Source of the DNA: Paraspadella gotoi
Lineage: Eukaryota > Animalia > Chaetognatha
Length of the DNA: 64,000 bases
Assembly: GCA_051294375.1 (NCBI GenBank)
Contig: CM119267.1
Location: 9,263,709-9,327,708, forward strand
Reading direction: 5' to 3'
Made by a program: the position numbers and the translations under genes. Below, one piece after another: positions 11,527-26,901 of this stretch. The first letter of the stretch is position 1. Each line of letters opens with the position of its first letter. The notes below the pieces were generated by a model that saw nothing but the letters and a program-made list of their open reading frames with translations, was not told the origin of the DNA and did no database searches.

Positions 11527-12177
11527 ATTACGGTTGACTAAAATCCACCAACCGTTCATCAGCGGCCATTGGTGCCGGAGGCAAGTCATTCGCCTCCCAA
11601 CCCAAAGGTCCGAGGTTCTAGCCCGGTGGGCGCCTTGCAGTTAAAAGAGACGGGGCGCTTAACCCGCCTATAACATGGTGTTACAGCCTGATCCAAAGCT
11701 CAGGGACTGCTTATATTGAACGGTTCTGTCATTAACACACATTAATAATTACTGTCTCTTCATTGGTGAGCCCGACTTCCGAACACAACAGCAACAACAA
11801 CACTTTCAGGCAACATGCCTCAACCTGGCGATGCACTTTCCGCCAACAACACATCAGGCAACATGCCTCAACATGGTGACGAACTTTCCACCAACAACAA
11901 TTCACTGAAGAGACACAACAGATTTCTCCCTATGGGAGGGGGGATGTATGCTGGACTAAAATCCACCAACAGTTCAACAGCCATTGGTGCCGGAGGCAAG
12001 TCATTCGCCTCCCAACCCAAAGGTCCGGGGTTCTTGCCCGGTGGTCGCCTAGCAGTTAAGAGAGACAGGGCGCTTAACCCGCCTGTAACATGGTGTTACA
12101 GCCTGATCCGAAGCTCAGGGACTGCTTATATTGAACGGTTCTGTCATAAACACACATTAGTAATTACTGTCTCTTCA
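11527..12177 (+). mobile_element. TRIM-like miniature LTR retroelement with tRNA-derived sequence in its LTRs
   Basis: Direct repeats ~11527-11762 and 11945-12177 ending TCTCTTCA; PBS-like TGGTGAGCCCG at 11764; PPT GGGAGGGGGGA at 11934-11944 directly before TG of LTR2. Confidence 0.7.
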
Positions 12178-12584
12178 CTACCTAGGCAGTTAGAAACTCT
12201 TTTCACATTTGGTATGCCTAGTTAGTTTTAATAGTTCATAAATTACTGAAGATCATTAAAAACGCTAGATTAAAATGATTCTCCTTTAACCTTCTCATTC
12301 CGTTACAATGAATTTGATAGAAATCTTAAAGGTCAAGGATGTTCATTTTGACTTTACTAAAAGAGTTGCGCGAAGCTATCTTACTATGAAATTGGCTATC
12401 TAATTCTAAAATTTTAATTCTAATTCTAAAATTTTAAAAAATTATACATGATAGTTCCTAGTAAAAATAATAAGGAAAAAATAACAAAATTAAACCACTA
12501 TAAATAATAATAATAATATCAACAATATTATTTAAATAATTGATTAAAAACGTCTAATTTGGGTTTAAGTGCAGTATATTTTTT

Positions 12585-13328
12585 ATCGTCGCAATCGCTT
12601 TGCGTTTGCGACGATCTCGTAACGCTTTTGAGCATAAGTGGCGTAGTCATCGTTCCAACTTATCGATCGCCTTTTTGATGATTAAATTTGGGTGTTTGAA
12701 GCTGAAAATTTATATACAGCTTATCATCATCAAGGTCCTTGAAATTGGGAGAGGACAAACAAATAACAAAACAAACAAACAAATATCCTCTATTTTATTT
12801 TTTTGTCTCCATCTCTCTCTCTTTTCTCTTTTAATTATATGTAGCTTTCTCTCTCTTTTCCCCAGTCGCTGATTCCTTGGGCTCTGCAGGGGCTTTTTCT
12901 TTTTCTCTCTTTTCTTCTGCTGATTCGTCCGATTCGTCTGCTGATTCTCTCTCTCTCTGCATTTTTATTAAAAAAAAAAATGAATTAGGATTGAACTCAT
13001 AAAATTAGGCATCGCATTCGTGCATGTTATCATTTTGCTATCGCGACATCGCGTTTTTATTTCGTTCTTTCTTCTCGTCACTCTCTTTATTTTTATTTTT
13101 CTTTCTTTCCTTTCTATTCTTTCTTTCCTTTCTTTCCTTTTTATTCTTTCTTTCCTTTCTATTTTTTCTTTCCTTTCTATTCTTTCTTTTCATTCTATTC
13201 TTTCTTTATATTTATTTTTTTCTTCTTTTTCTTTCTGTTTATAAATTAATTTTCTTTTCTCAAATTTGATTTTTTTTAGTATCAAAATTTGTCGTCAATC
13301 CAGATTTTTCTTATGCGATTGCGACGAT
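12585..13328. mobile_element. Putative MITE with internal pyrimidine-rich simple repeat
   Basis: 14-bp perfect inverted repeat ATCGTCGCAATCGC/GCGATTGCGACGAT; TTCT/TTCC tract ~13080-13240. Confidence 0.35.
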
Positions 13329-13448
13329 CCTTATGCTTTTAAGATTTTTTAAAATAGAAAACCAATATTTCGATCTTACTTGACAGATCATCGTTCAGGG
13401 TAAAAGTGAAATGAGGGAAAAAAAGAGAGCTAAGAAAGAGAGAGAGAG

Positions 13449-15020
13449 ATGGATGATACATTTTCCACCATTCAAGACAACCGACATTCACGCAGAGACC
13501 TCCGAAGCGAGTCAACATACACTGACCCCTTTGAATATTTTAAGGAGGCTCTTAATTCTGTTCACCCAAGCATAAAATTTACAAAAGAGCTTGAAAGGAA
13601 TGGTCAACTGCCTTTCCTTGATGTCCTTATATCTAGAAAAGACGATGGAACAATTGAAAACTCAGTGTACAGGAAACCAACTAATACGAATGTAATCAAG
13701 CCGCATTCTTGCCATCGCCCAATAATCAATACATGAACCTTTAAAGGTGAAATGTGTAGAGCGGTCAGATTATGTTTAACTGATGAAGCAATTGCAAATG
13801 AAAAAAAGTTTGTGCACAAAATGTTTGACAATGGCCAAAACGAAAGTTGGAAAAAATCGCAAAATAAATAATCACAAACCATCAAAAAAGAATGATACTG
13901 GGCCGCGGAAATAGCGCTGCATGAAACAAAAAACCTTTTTGCAATTCTTCCATTTCATAATGATGACAACATACAGCTTCGTCCAAATGCCACATTGCCC
14001 TATGTTCCAGGGGTGACCCAGCAATTGCAGCGCGTTTTTGCCAAAGCGGGGGCAAACCTTTTTAGTAAAAGTGGACAGTGTGGTGACTTAATAACGAATA
14101 TTTGGAAAAACTTGAAGCGTGTTTTTTGTGTGATAAGTAAAACGTATATTAATGAAAAACAGAGTAAAAAGCAATAACGGAAAAAATAACAACAACAACT
14201 ACGTATTTACATTGGCTAAAAAAAGGTCAGCCATAACAATTAATTTCAGGTCCAATGGTCGAATGGTCATTCCTGCTGACCCTTACGGGTCGCAAAGTAG
14301 AAAGACTTCGTCGTCGTCTTCGTCGTTGTATTTGTCGTCTTTGTTATCGTCGTCGTTTTTGCCTGAACTATTTGAGCTTCCAAACATCCCCCCCCAAGCG
14401 CTGTCGTCGACTTGGTTGACGTCAGTGGTGACTGGTCGTGGCTCAAATTCTTCCACATCGTCGATTGGTTCCAGCATTGTCGGGAGTGGCAGGCGTTTGC
14501 AGCATCTCGTAGGCTGAAAACGGGTTGGTCTTGATAGTCTATTTTTGGGCGCGTTACGGACGGTGGATGGAACACTACGCCTGGGATGGTGTGTTCCCCC
14601 TCTGAGCCAATGGATTTGGCTGACGGATGGTGGACGTGAGGCGGTGTGAATATACCGCCACAACAGACCCTCTCTAATATCTTTTGTTCAAAGAACAATT
14701 CAAAGCCTGACACGCTGAAAGGCAAAGGCGTTTATCGGTTCACCTGCTCATGCAGTCCAAAAGCAGTTTGTCGGTGAAACTAGATGAAGCTTCGATACCC
14801 GTACTGCAGAGCATAAAAGAGCGGTTGACACTGGAAAGTGGGGCCATTTGGGCCTGGCCCAGCATCGTCAAGCACCGCTCAGTGCTCAGCCCCATTCGAC
14901 TGGACGCCGGACATTCTCTCACGTCCACGCATCAAAGACCCATCGATCCTTAGCCACCACCTAAAGGTGGAAGAGGCCTTGTAAATCCGACGCCTCGATT
15001 GTGTCCCGGGCAGAGACCTC
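13449..15020 (+). mobile_element. Decayed Penelope-like retroelement (RT C-terminus plus GIY-YIG endonuclease)
   Basis: LNSVHPSIKFTKELE...LPFLDVLI...VYRKPT, LPYVPG, GVYRFTCSCS...VGET...EHKR; stops and frameshifts; interrupted by an insertion. Confidence 0.85.
14079..14662 (-). mobile_element. Solo-LTR-like insertion (584 bp) within the Penelope element
   Basis: TGTGG...CCACA termini and ACAG target-site duplication (14075-78, 14663-66); removing it restores the frame KSGQTLSNIF; orientation is inferred. Confidence 0.75.
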
Positions 15021-16771
15021 ATTGTCGCCTATACCTGGATATTGAGGTTAAAGAGCCGAAATCCATGAAGGGTATAGGTTCCCAACTGATGACCTTCCCA
15101 TTGTATAAACTTAAAAGATAAAAAATATTCAAAAAAGAAATAATTAAAAAATAGGATAAAGAAAAAATGTGATTTTTCATTAAAGTATTTTAAAATTATA
15201 TTCATGACATAAAGACCTTTCCCCCAGTATGTATCCCTATCAGGACATACAATTTCTACATGGTAATCTTATCCCTATTGGTAAAGAAAATCATATATAA
15301 CTTTGGTCCCCCTCAAAAACTTATCCATTCCCACCCCTTTCTGTTCAGCCTCTTAGGTATTATGATTTTTCATTAATGACTTTCTTACAGAAATGATGTG
15401 TGATATCTATTAGAAAACTAGGACAGATTGTAATCTAACCTTGTGTTGAATAGATGTTCCCTGTATTGTCATAAGACAACACTGACTTCCCCTCCCCAAA
15501 TTGAGTTATTAGATATAATGATAAGTAAAATTTTTTTAAGAAAGAAAGCAATATAAATTTGATTAAATAATATAGATTAAATACTAAATCCTTCATAAAA
15601 TAGAAAAATAGAAAATAGTGAAACAAGTAATTTGCAAATTTTCATATATGAAAACCAGAACCGGCAAATTATTTACATATTTTTAAATGATCACGTGACT
15701 ATATAACTTATATTATAAGTAAAAAAAATACAATATTTATATTCTTTAAAATTTTGTTAAACCCCCCAAAAAATACTTAATACTCTTTGTACCTTATTAT
15801 TAAGGATTCACGAGGTAAAAACTAAGATTTCTGTAATATAAATAAGGTTAAGTATCAAAATTTTGTTTATAATTAATAACATAAAGGCTTCTAAAATATA
15901 TTAAATATATTAATGATTATTGATTGTTCTCTATCATTTATTTGATTAATCTTGTGAATTTTATTCCGGTCAACCTTTTTTGGTTTTTATGGTTCCAATG
16001 TATGGATCAGACAAAAAAAACAAATAGAAGAGGTCGTTAAGAGAGAGCTAGTGTGGTTATTGATTTTTGGTAGATCTAAAAATAAGTAAACTTTCGATTA
16101 AAGATATTCAGATCTTCAATAGTACAGATCCCCTCGATGTAAAATAATTGATAATAGCTTGAAAACTTACTCCTCTTGAACAATTTTCTAAATTGGGTGT
16201 CGAAATATATTTTTGGCAGTTAAATTATTCCCAAAATTTCGTCACAAATTTGTTTCGAGAAAAGATTAATGCATAAATCGAGTAAAATTGTAGTGCTTCC
16301 TAGACGTGTTCGCTGTATAAAAGTAAACGATATGTTTGAAACAAATTTAACATACCGTAAAAATCAAGGTTCATTTCGAAATCGTTATTATTGGCCGACT
16401 CTTCGAAAATGTAATTTAATTTTTTCCGCTTTTCAGAAACGTCTTTTGTCTGAAAGCGAAACGTGAGACTGAAGGTGACGCATAGGGTTCAAACAAACCA
16501 ACTCGCCTTGCCCTGGCGTTTTGCTTTCATAGTTGACCTTATCGTTCTCACATGATTTATAAATCCAAAAAGACTTTATTTTATCGCCAAATGTTTTATT
16601 AATGTTTCTTTTTAATGTTCCAATTAACAAAGCGACCATTTTCGCCATATCAAGCGGTTTCTTTGATTGGCCCACCTTGTGGCAAAATCTCCCGTTTTTG
16701 GATCTGAGGATGAATCCGCCGGCCACGTGAGATGTGACTCTGGCCGTATCCAATTCTTTGTCGACGCAAAA

Positions 16772-21031
<4,260 letters not shown>

Positions 21032-21131
21032 TTCACAACTTATTTTATTAAACTGCATTTATTTTGTTGTTCTTACGTTTTTTTGATTAATGTTTTTTTA
21101 TATTTTTAGCTGGCCCATTAAAAGAAAAAAA

Positions 21132-21761
21132 ATGTCCAAGGCAGTGGGATTGAATGTGGCGCCACCAGAGGGCCAACTTCCAAAGAGTAAGTTTATTTAT
21201 ATGATTATTTGTAATTTTGTAATATATTTTTTAAGGTGGGTATTTTTTTCATATATTTAGATTTTAGAATTCCTGCTCGGCTCGCGAAAACTCGAGAATT
21301 ACAAAAACTGTTTATAGAGGCTGATGGGAAGGTCCCTATACATCTCGTGCGGGGGGCAAGGGATGTAATTCCCTACAGGTAATCGTTGAACATCAAAATT
21401 TTGGTAATATGGCAACAGCCGGGTTGCCCGTGATGCCCATTGGGATGGGGCATCTCACTGTTGGCTTTGGGGGCTTCCGAACCTCAGTGAAGCCAACTGT
21501 CACTGGCGCAGTTACGCTAGGACTGTCTCGCTTTGACAACTCTGTGGATGGAACGCAACGCTTTGGATGGTGCGTTCCCCCTCTGTGCCAATGGGATTGG
21601 CTGAATGAAGCAGGACATGAGGCGGTGTGAATATACCGCCACAATAGCTTTATTATTGTATTTGTTTTTGCTTTTATCGCAGGGCGACGCTCGCTTTATC
21701 TGGTATTGGAATGGTATATTTCTCCTACGCCTTGTATAGAATGGCATACGGAATCAAATAG
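21132..21761 (+). CDS. COX7A: Cytochrome c oxidase subunit 7A, 3 exons (21132-21186, 21261-21378, 21683-21761); absent from the ORF track
   Basis: Spliced product ...RELQKLFIEADGKVPIHLVRGARDVIPYRATLALSGIGMVYFSYALYRMAY matches the COX7A pattern. Confidence 0.85.
21402..21643 (-). mobile_element. Chimeric structured repeat in COX7A intron 2 (family C)
   Basis: 21544-21643 is homologous to 14563-14662; 21402-21507 is homologous, inverted, to 7200-7305. Confidence 0.65.
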
Positions 21762-21960
21762 CTGGAGTTCCAAGACATAAATTCAAATGTATATGCTTCT
21801 AAAAGCGTCCGATCTATGTAGGGCAAACTTATGACAAGAAAACATTTCATTGGGATGATTGGCAGTCATAAAAATTTGTATCTATTTAACATTATCGAGT
21901 GAACGTCCTATGAATATTTTTCTTTGGCAGGATGTGACATTAAAATCAGCTCTCTTCACA

Positions 21961-23250
21961 ATGTGGTCGTTCGCATCGTTCTTACTTTTTTTACTCGTTT
22001 GTTCGTTCGCAGCGACTCTGTGCGAAGACAATTTAAGATTAGTGCAAGTTTTGTTTCGCCACGGAGATAGAACTCCCAATCGCCCGTGGGGTCCCAACGA
22101 CCCCAATGGGGAGGACGTCTGGCCTCAAGGATGGGGTCAGCTTACTCGCACGGGGAAGCTGCAGATGTTCAGGCTCGGAGAAGTAATTAAAAATCGATAT
22201 CGTGGTTTTTTGTCGAAAGATTACGTCAATCGAGAAATCTACGTCATGTCTACGGGACGCGATCGAGCTCTCATGTCCGCGCAGTCGCTGCTCGCCGGGA
22301 TGTATCCCCCCGCCGATGATGAAAGATTTCACTCTTCCGTCGCTTGGCAACCGATTCCGGTTCACTCTAATACCATAGACGAGGATTGGGTTATGCGGCC
22401 AACGAAGGTTTGCCCTGAAACAGCCGATGAGTATTTCGATGATTTTTTGAGAGATAGCCAAGAAATCCATGACCATATCGAGACTCATAGAACTTTTATC
22501 GAACGTTTGACTAAAAATGCGGGACTGTACAAAGAAGGATCTGACGTGAAAAACTTGAAAAAGATGTGGAAGTTAGGCGGAAACTTGCACATTGCTCGAA
22601 GGTACAACAAAACACTTCCTTCTTGGGCCGACTGTAAAACCATCGACAAACTCGTGCAGCTCAGAGTGAAAAAGTTCGAATCTCAAGCTCACGCTTCGCC
22701 ACGACTTACCGGCGGCACGCTGCTCGGCCGTCTCCTGAGAAATATGAAGGACTTCTCCACAGGCTCCCTTCGCCCGAAGGATCACGGACAAAAGGAGAGT
22801 GGAATTACCCCTATGAAGCCTCTCAAATTGATGTTGTTCTCTGGACACGACAGCAACATCGTTTTTCTGTTAGGGGCTATGGGCCTGTTTACAAAGCCTT
22901 TCTGGCCGAGTTACGGTTCCGCCGTATTTTTTGAACTGCGCGAATTGACTCACGACGGTCATTCCGTAACAATATTCTTGATGAACGGCTTGGAATCGGA
23001 ATTCGAAGAGTTATCCATTCCGGGATGCTCCAGCCCGTGCTCTTTACAGCGTCTTATCGATCGGTACGAATCAACGGCAGTTTGGTCTAAGGATGAGTTC
23101 CAATCGCTTTGTCATCGGGACAATCTTTATTCTTGGGGTTTTCTTGTTTTAGAGTTTTTGCGGAGATTTCCTTTAGAACTATCTTTTTCTATCCTCTTGT
23201 CTTTCGTTCTCTATGTGCTTATCGCTCGTCTTAAAAAATTCAAATCTTGA
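21961..23250 (+). CDS. Histidine acid phosphatase (lysosomal/prostatic type)
   Basis: Signal peptide, RHGDRTP, WPQGWGQLT, SGHDS, C-terminal TM. Confidence 0.92.
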   Translation: MWSFASFLLFLLVCSFAATLCEDNLRLVQVLFRHGDRTPNRPWGPNDPNGEDVWPQGWGQLTRTGKLQMFRLGEVIKNRYRGFLSKDYVNREIYVMSTGRDRALMSAQSLLAGMYPPADDERFHSSVAWQPIPVHSNTIDEDWVMRPTKVCPETADEYFDDFLRDSQEIHDHIETHRTFIERLTKNAGLYKEGSDVKNLKKMWKLGGNLHIARRYNKTLPSWADCKTIDKLVQLRVKKFESQAHASPRLTGGTLLGRLLRNMKDFSTGSLRPKDHGQKESGITPMKPLKLMLFSGHDSNIVFLLGAMGLFTKPFWPSYGSAVFFELRELTHDGHSVTIFLMNGLESEFEELSIPGCSSPCSLQRLIDRYESTAVWSKDEFQSLCHRDNLYSWGFLVLEFLRRFPLELSFSILLSFVLYVLIARLKKFKS

Positions 23251-23363
23251 ATTTTTATTTTTGGCTATTGATTGAACACTTTGTCAGTTTTAATTATTTA
23301 TCATGGTAAAAATAACGGTTACTTTTCTTTCCAGTAAAAGGTTTTCTTTAAAGTTAAGATAAA

Positions 23364-24275
23364 ATGGCTCCGAAGCATAACAACCAGATTCAGAATGCCC
23401 ACTTCAAGAAGGATTGGCAGAACCGCGTGCGCACTTGGTTCAATCAGCCTGCTCGCAAAATTCGCCGTGCTAAGGCCAGGAAGGCCAAGGCCGCGAGCAT
23501 TGCTCCTAGGCCAACCTCGGCACTGAGGCCAATCGTGCGGTATGTCCCAGTCGTCTCGAGCAACCTCGGATAATGGATATTTAAAAATTTTAAAAAAATG
23601 TTTTGTCAGGTGCCCCACTATAAAGTACAACAAGAAGCAGCGTCTCGGTCGCGGTTTCACGCTCGAAGAGATCAAGGCCGCCGGTCTCAACAAGAACTTT
23701 GCTCGGTAATAGAGATCATCTAGCGCTCCACCTTTTTTTTCGCCTTTAATTGAGAATTTTATGTTTGTTAGTTCTATTGGCATCGCGGTCGATTATCGAC
23801 GCCGTAACAAGAGCGTGGAGTCGCTGCAAAAGAACATTCAGCGGCTGAAGGAGTACCGCTCCAAGCTCATCCTCTTCCCGAAGAAGATGTCGAAGCCCCA
23901 GAAGGGCGACGCCACCAAGGAGGAAATGGATGTCGCCACTCAAGTCAAGGTGGTGCTTAAAAATTCAATTGAGTGCGAAAAATGAGCGTCATTGACGGAA
24001 TTTATCTTTTGCAGTCGAAGGAGATCATCCCGGTGGTGGAGGTGGATGCCGCCGAGGCTCCGCGGGAGATCACGGAGGAGGAGGCCAAGTTCTCCGCCTA
24101 TCAGACGTTGCGCAAGGCCAGGGCGAACAAGAGGCTGCACAAGGTTTTTCTTTATTTTCTAATTTTATGAAGAAAAAAAATTGATGGTTAAGATTCTGAT
24201 TTTGCTTCGCAGTTCCGCGTTATGAAGGCCAAGAAACGCGCCGAAGAAGAGAAGAGCGCGCCCAAGAAGAAGTAG
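23364..24275 (+). CDS. RPL13: 60S ribosomal protein L13 (eL13), 5 exons
   Basis: [47 protein letters not shown]. Confidence 0.97.
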
Positions 24276-24458
24276 AGGATTCAATTATATTCGGAGTCAT
24301 TGGGGGATTCTTTTATGTCAGCGATTATAAAATATTGAAATTTGTTTAACTGTTTGGGTTCAATTCATAATTTCTCCCGTTACATTTGAAAAAAAAGGCT
24401 TATTTCTTTCTCAGTTATAGGTTAATTTAAACAAGTTCGTACAACTGACATTAGCAAC

Positions 24459-26644
24459 ATGCCATCCTATAAAGTCAAAGTTAAGTGGGGAAAGGAGAAG
24501 TTTGATGATGTGGCTTTAAACACTGACGAGGTTCCTCTAGTTTTTAAGGCCCAACTCTTTGCGCTTTCTGGTGTTCAACCTGAAAGGCAGAAAGTAATGT
24601 TGAAAGGTCAAACGCTCAAGGACGATGATTGGTTAAACTTTAACAAAAATCTTAAGGTAATAAATCTTGAAATTTGTAGATGTAAATTTATATAAATGTA
24701 TGTGATTATGAAGTTTCTCTCCTCCCAGGACGGAGCTCAGTTGCTCATGATGGGTACTGCGGACGCCCTCCCTGAAGCTCCCGCACAAAAGACGGTTTTT
24801 ATGGAAGATATGTCGGAGGAACAGTTGGCCAGCGCTTTGGATCTTCCACCCGGTCTCAAAAATTTAGGCAACACCTGCTATATGAACGCTTGCATTCAGT
24901 GTTTGCGAACTGTTCCGGAGTTGAAAACGGCGCTGAAAAAGTATGCTGGAGGACTTCTCGTCACGAATCCTTCTCAAGCCGTTACGGCCGCCATGAAAGA
25001 CTTGTTTGGGACCATGGAAAAGACTGCCAACGCTGTTCCGCCAATTATTTTTCTTCAGGTGACAGATGCAAATATATAATAATGAAGCAAGCGTCAATTT
25101 TTTTCTGATTAACATTTCAAATAGTATATGTGTATTAGTATAATAAGGGTTTTAATTGTTTATCATAAATTATTATTTTAACCATGCAAATACCGTCTTC
25201 GGTATATATTTAGGTGCTTCATCAAGCCTTCCCTCGTTTTAGTGAAAAAAACGAGCACGGCGTGTTTCAACAGCAGGACGCCAACGAATGCTGGACTGAG
25301 TTAGTTCGGTGTTTGCAGCAGCAAAAGCTAGAAATTCCTCTTGGGGAAAATGATATTAATGTGGAAGACGCTACAGATGAAGCTAAAGCCATTGCTATGT
25401 CCAAGGGTCTTGTCGACAGGTTAAAAATACAAGTTGAAAAATTTTGCTACATTTTGTATATTGAGAAATTAAGCTTCTTTAAAAAAAATGATTCGATGCC
25501 TATTTATTTTGGTTTTCTCCGAAATTTAATACAGCTTTTTTGGAGGAGTTTTCGACACTTCACTGAAAAACGTAGAATCCGAAGATGAACCAGTAACTGA
25601 AGCAAAAGAGGAGTTTCTTCAATTGAGTTGTTTCATATCGCAAGAAGTCAAATATATGCACACCGGTCTTAGATCAAAGGTACGATGAGTTGGGGTTCGC
25701 TTTATTTGTTTTACATCTTCAATAAATTTCTTCTTCTTCTTCTTCAAATTTCAGTTAGAGGAATCAATATCAAAGTTTTCCCCTTCACTCAACCGTAACG
25801 CCGAGTATATTAAGAAGTCCCGCATCTCGCGTCTTCCCTCCTACCTCGTAGTTCAGTTCGTTCGCTTCTTCTACAAAGAGAAGGAAGGCGTCAACGCCAA
25901 GATCCTCAAGGACGTCAAGTTTACCATGAGCCTCGACGTCTTCGACATGTGCACTCCCGAATTGCAGGCAATTTGAAACACCTCTAATAAAAAATAATGT
26001 TCTAGACGCCCATATCTTTTGTTTTTTGTTTATTCAGGCGCGACTGACGCCCATGCGGGAGAGATTCAAAAATCAGGAAGAGCGGGAGTTGGAGAAGATG
26101 TCCAAGGCCAAGCTGGTGGGCAAGAAGACTCAAGATTCAGCTGCAGCCAATGGCGGAGGAGACGACGAAGGCGGCTCCGCCAAAAACACGGTTTTCCCTC
26201 ACGCTTTCCCCGACGACGTGGGCTCAAACAATAGCGGGTCTTTGCCTCAATCTTAACTTAAACATAAAATGCGTTGTCCTCTGCAAGGAATTTCAGTGAG
26301 GCTTACTTCGATTTAATCCCTTTTTTTTTAGCTACTACGAACTTCAAGCAGTCCTGACCCATAAAGGACGATCGTCCTCTTCCGGTCATTATGTCGGTTG
26401 GGTCCGTCAGAAAGGAGAAGAGTGGCTCATGTGCGACGACGACGAAATTCGCCCCATCCTCGCCGAAGACATCCTCAAACTCTCGGGCGGCGGCGACTGG
26501 CACACGGCCTACGTCCTTCTATACAAGTCCCGTGTTTTGACTCTTGACGAAAACGATCTTCAGGCGGAGAAAGAGGCTGAAGCTAAAAAGGAGGTCGATG
26601 TCAACAAAGAAGACGAGGACATGAAGGTCGACCAGAACGCTTGA
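24459..26644 (+). CDS. USP14: Ubiquitin-specific peptidase 14, multi-exon
   Basis: UBL domain VKVKWGKEKF, Cys box GLKNLGNTCYMN, QQDANECW, His box THKGRSSSSGHY, LSGGGDWH. Confidence 0.96.
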
Positions 26645-26901
26645 TGCCTTGATCAAATTAGGAAGCTCTTTTTAATCCCGCCTCATTAACGCAATCTTAA
26701 CCAACTGCGAGTGAATATGGTTGGGTAGGGGGAGGGCTCTTTGTGATGTTCTACGGCATATTTCCATTGAATGTGATAAATTTTAGTTTTAAAAACCCTT
26801 TATTCATAATTTACTATTTTGCTAATCTCTTTCTCTTAAAAAAATTTTAAAGTAACGACGAGTGGTTAAGTGTCTTAACGAAACCAGTACCCAGATCAAT
26901 C

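Noticed and set aside
11563-11633. Functional tRNA-Gly gene
   Set aside because: Acceptor, D and anticodon stems do not pair canonically and the sequence is embedded in a larger repeat; treated as tRNA-derived.
11815-12225. 136-aa ORF
   Set aside because: Runs through the TRIM interior and LTR2; the other LTR copies have indels that break this frame.
13020-13269. Phe/Leu/Ser-rich membrane-protein-like ORFs
   Set aside because: Translation of a pyrimidine microsatellite.
14267-14725. Minus-strand Asp/Thr-rich ORFs that would break the one-strand pattern
   Set aside because: Lie in or straddle the LTR-like insertion and derive from TCG/GTC simple repeats.
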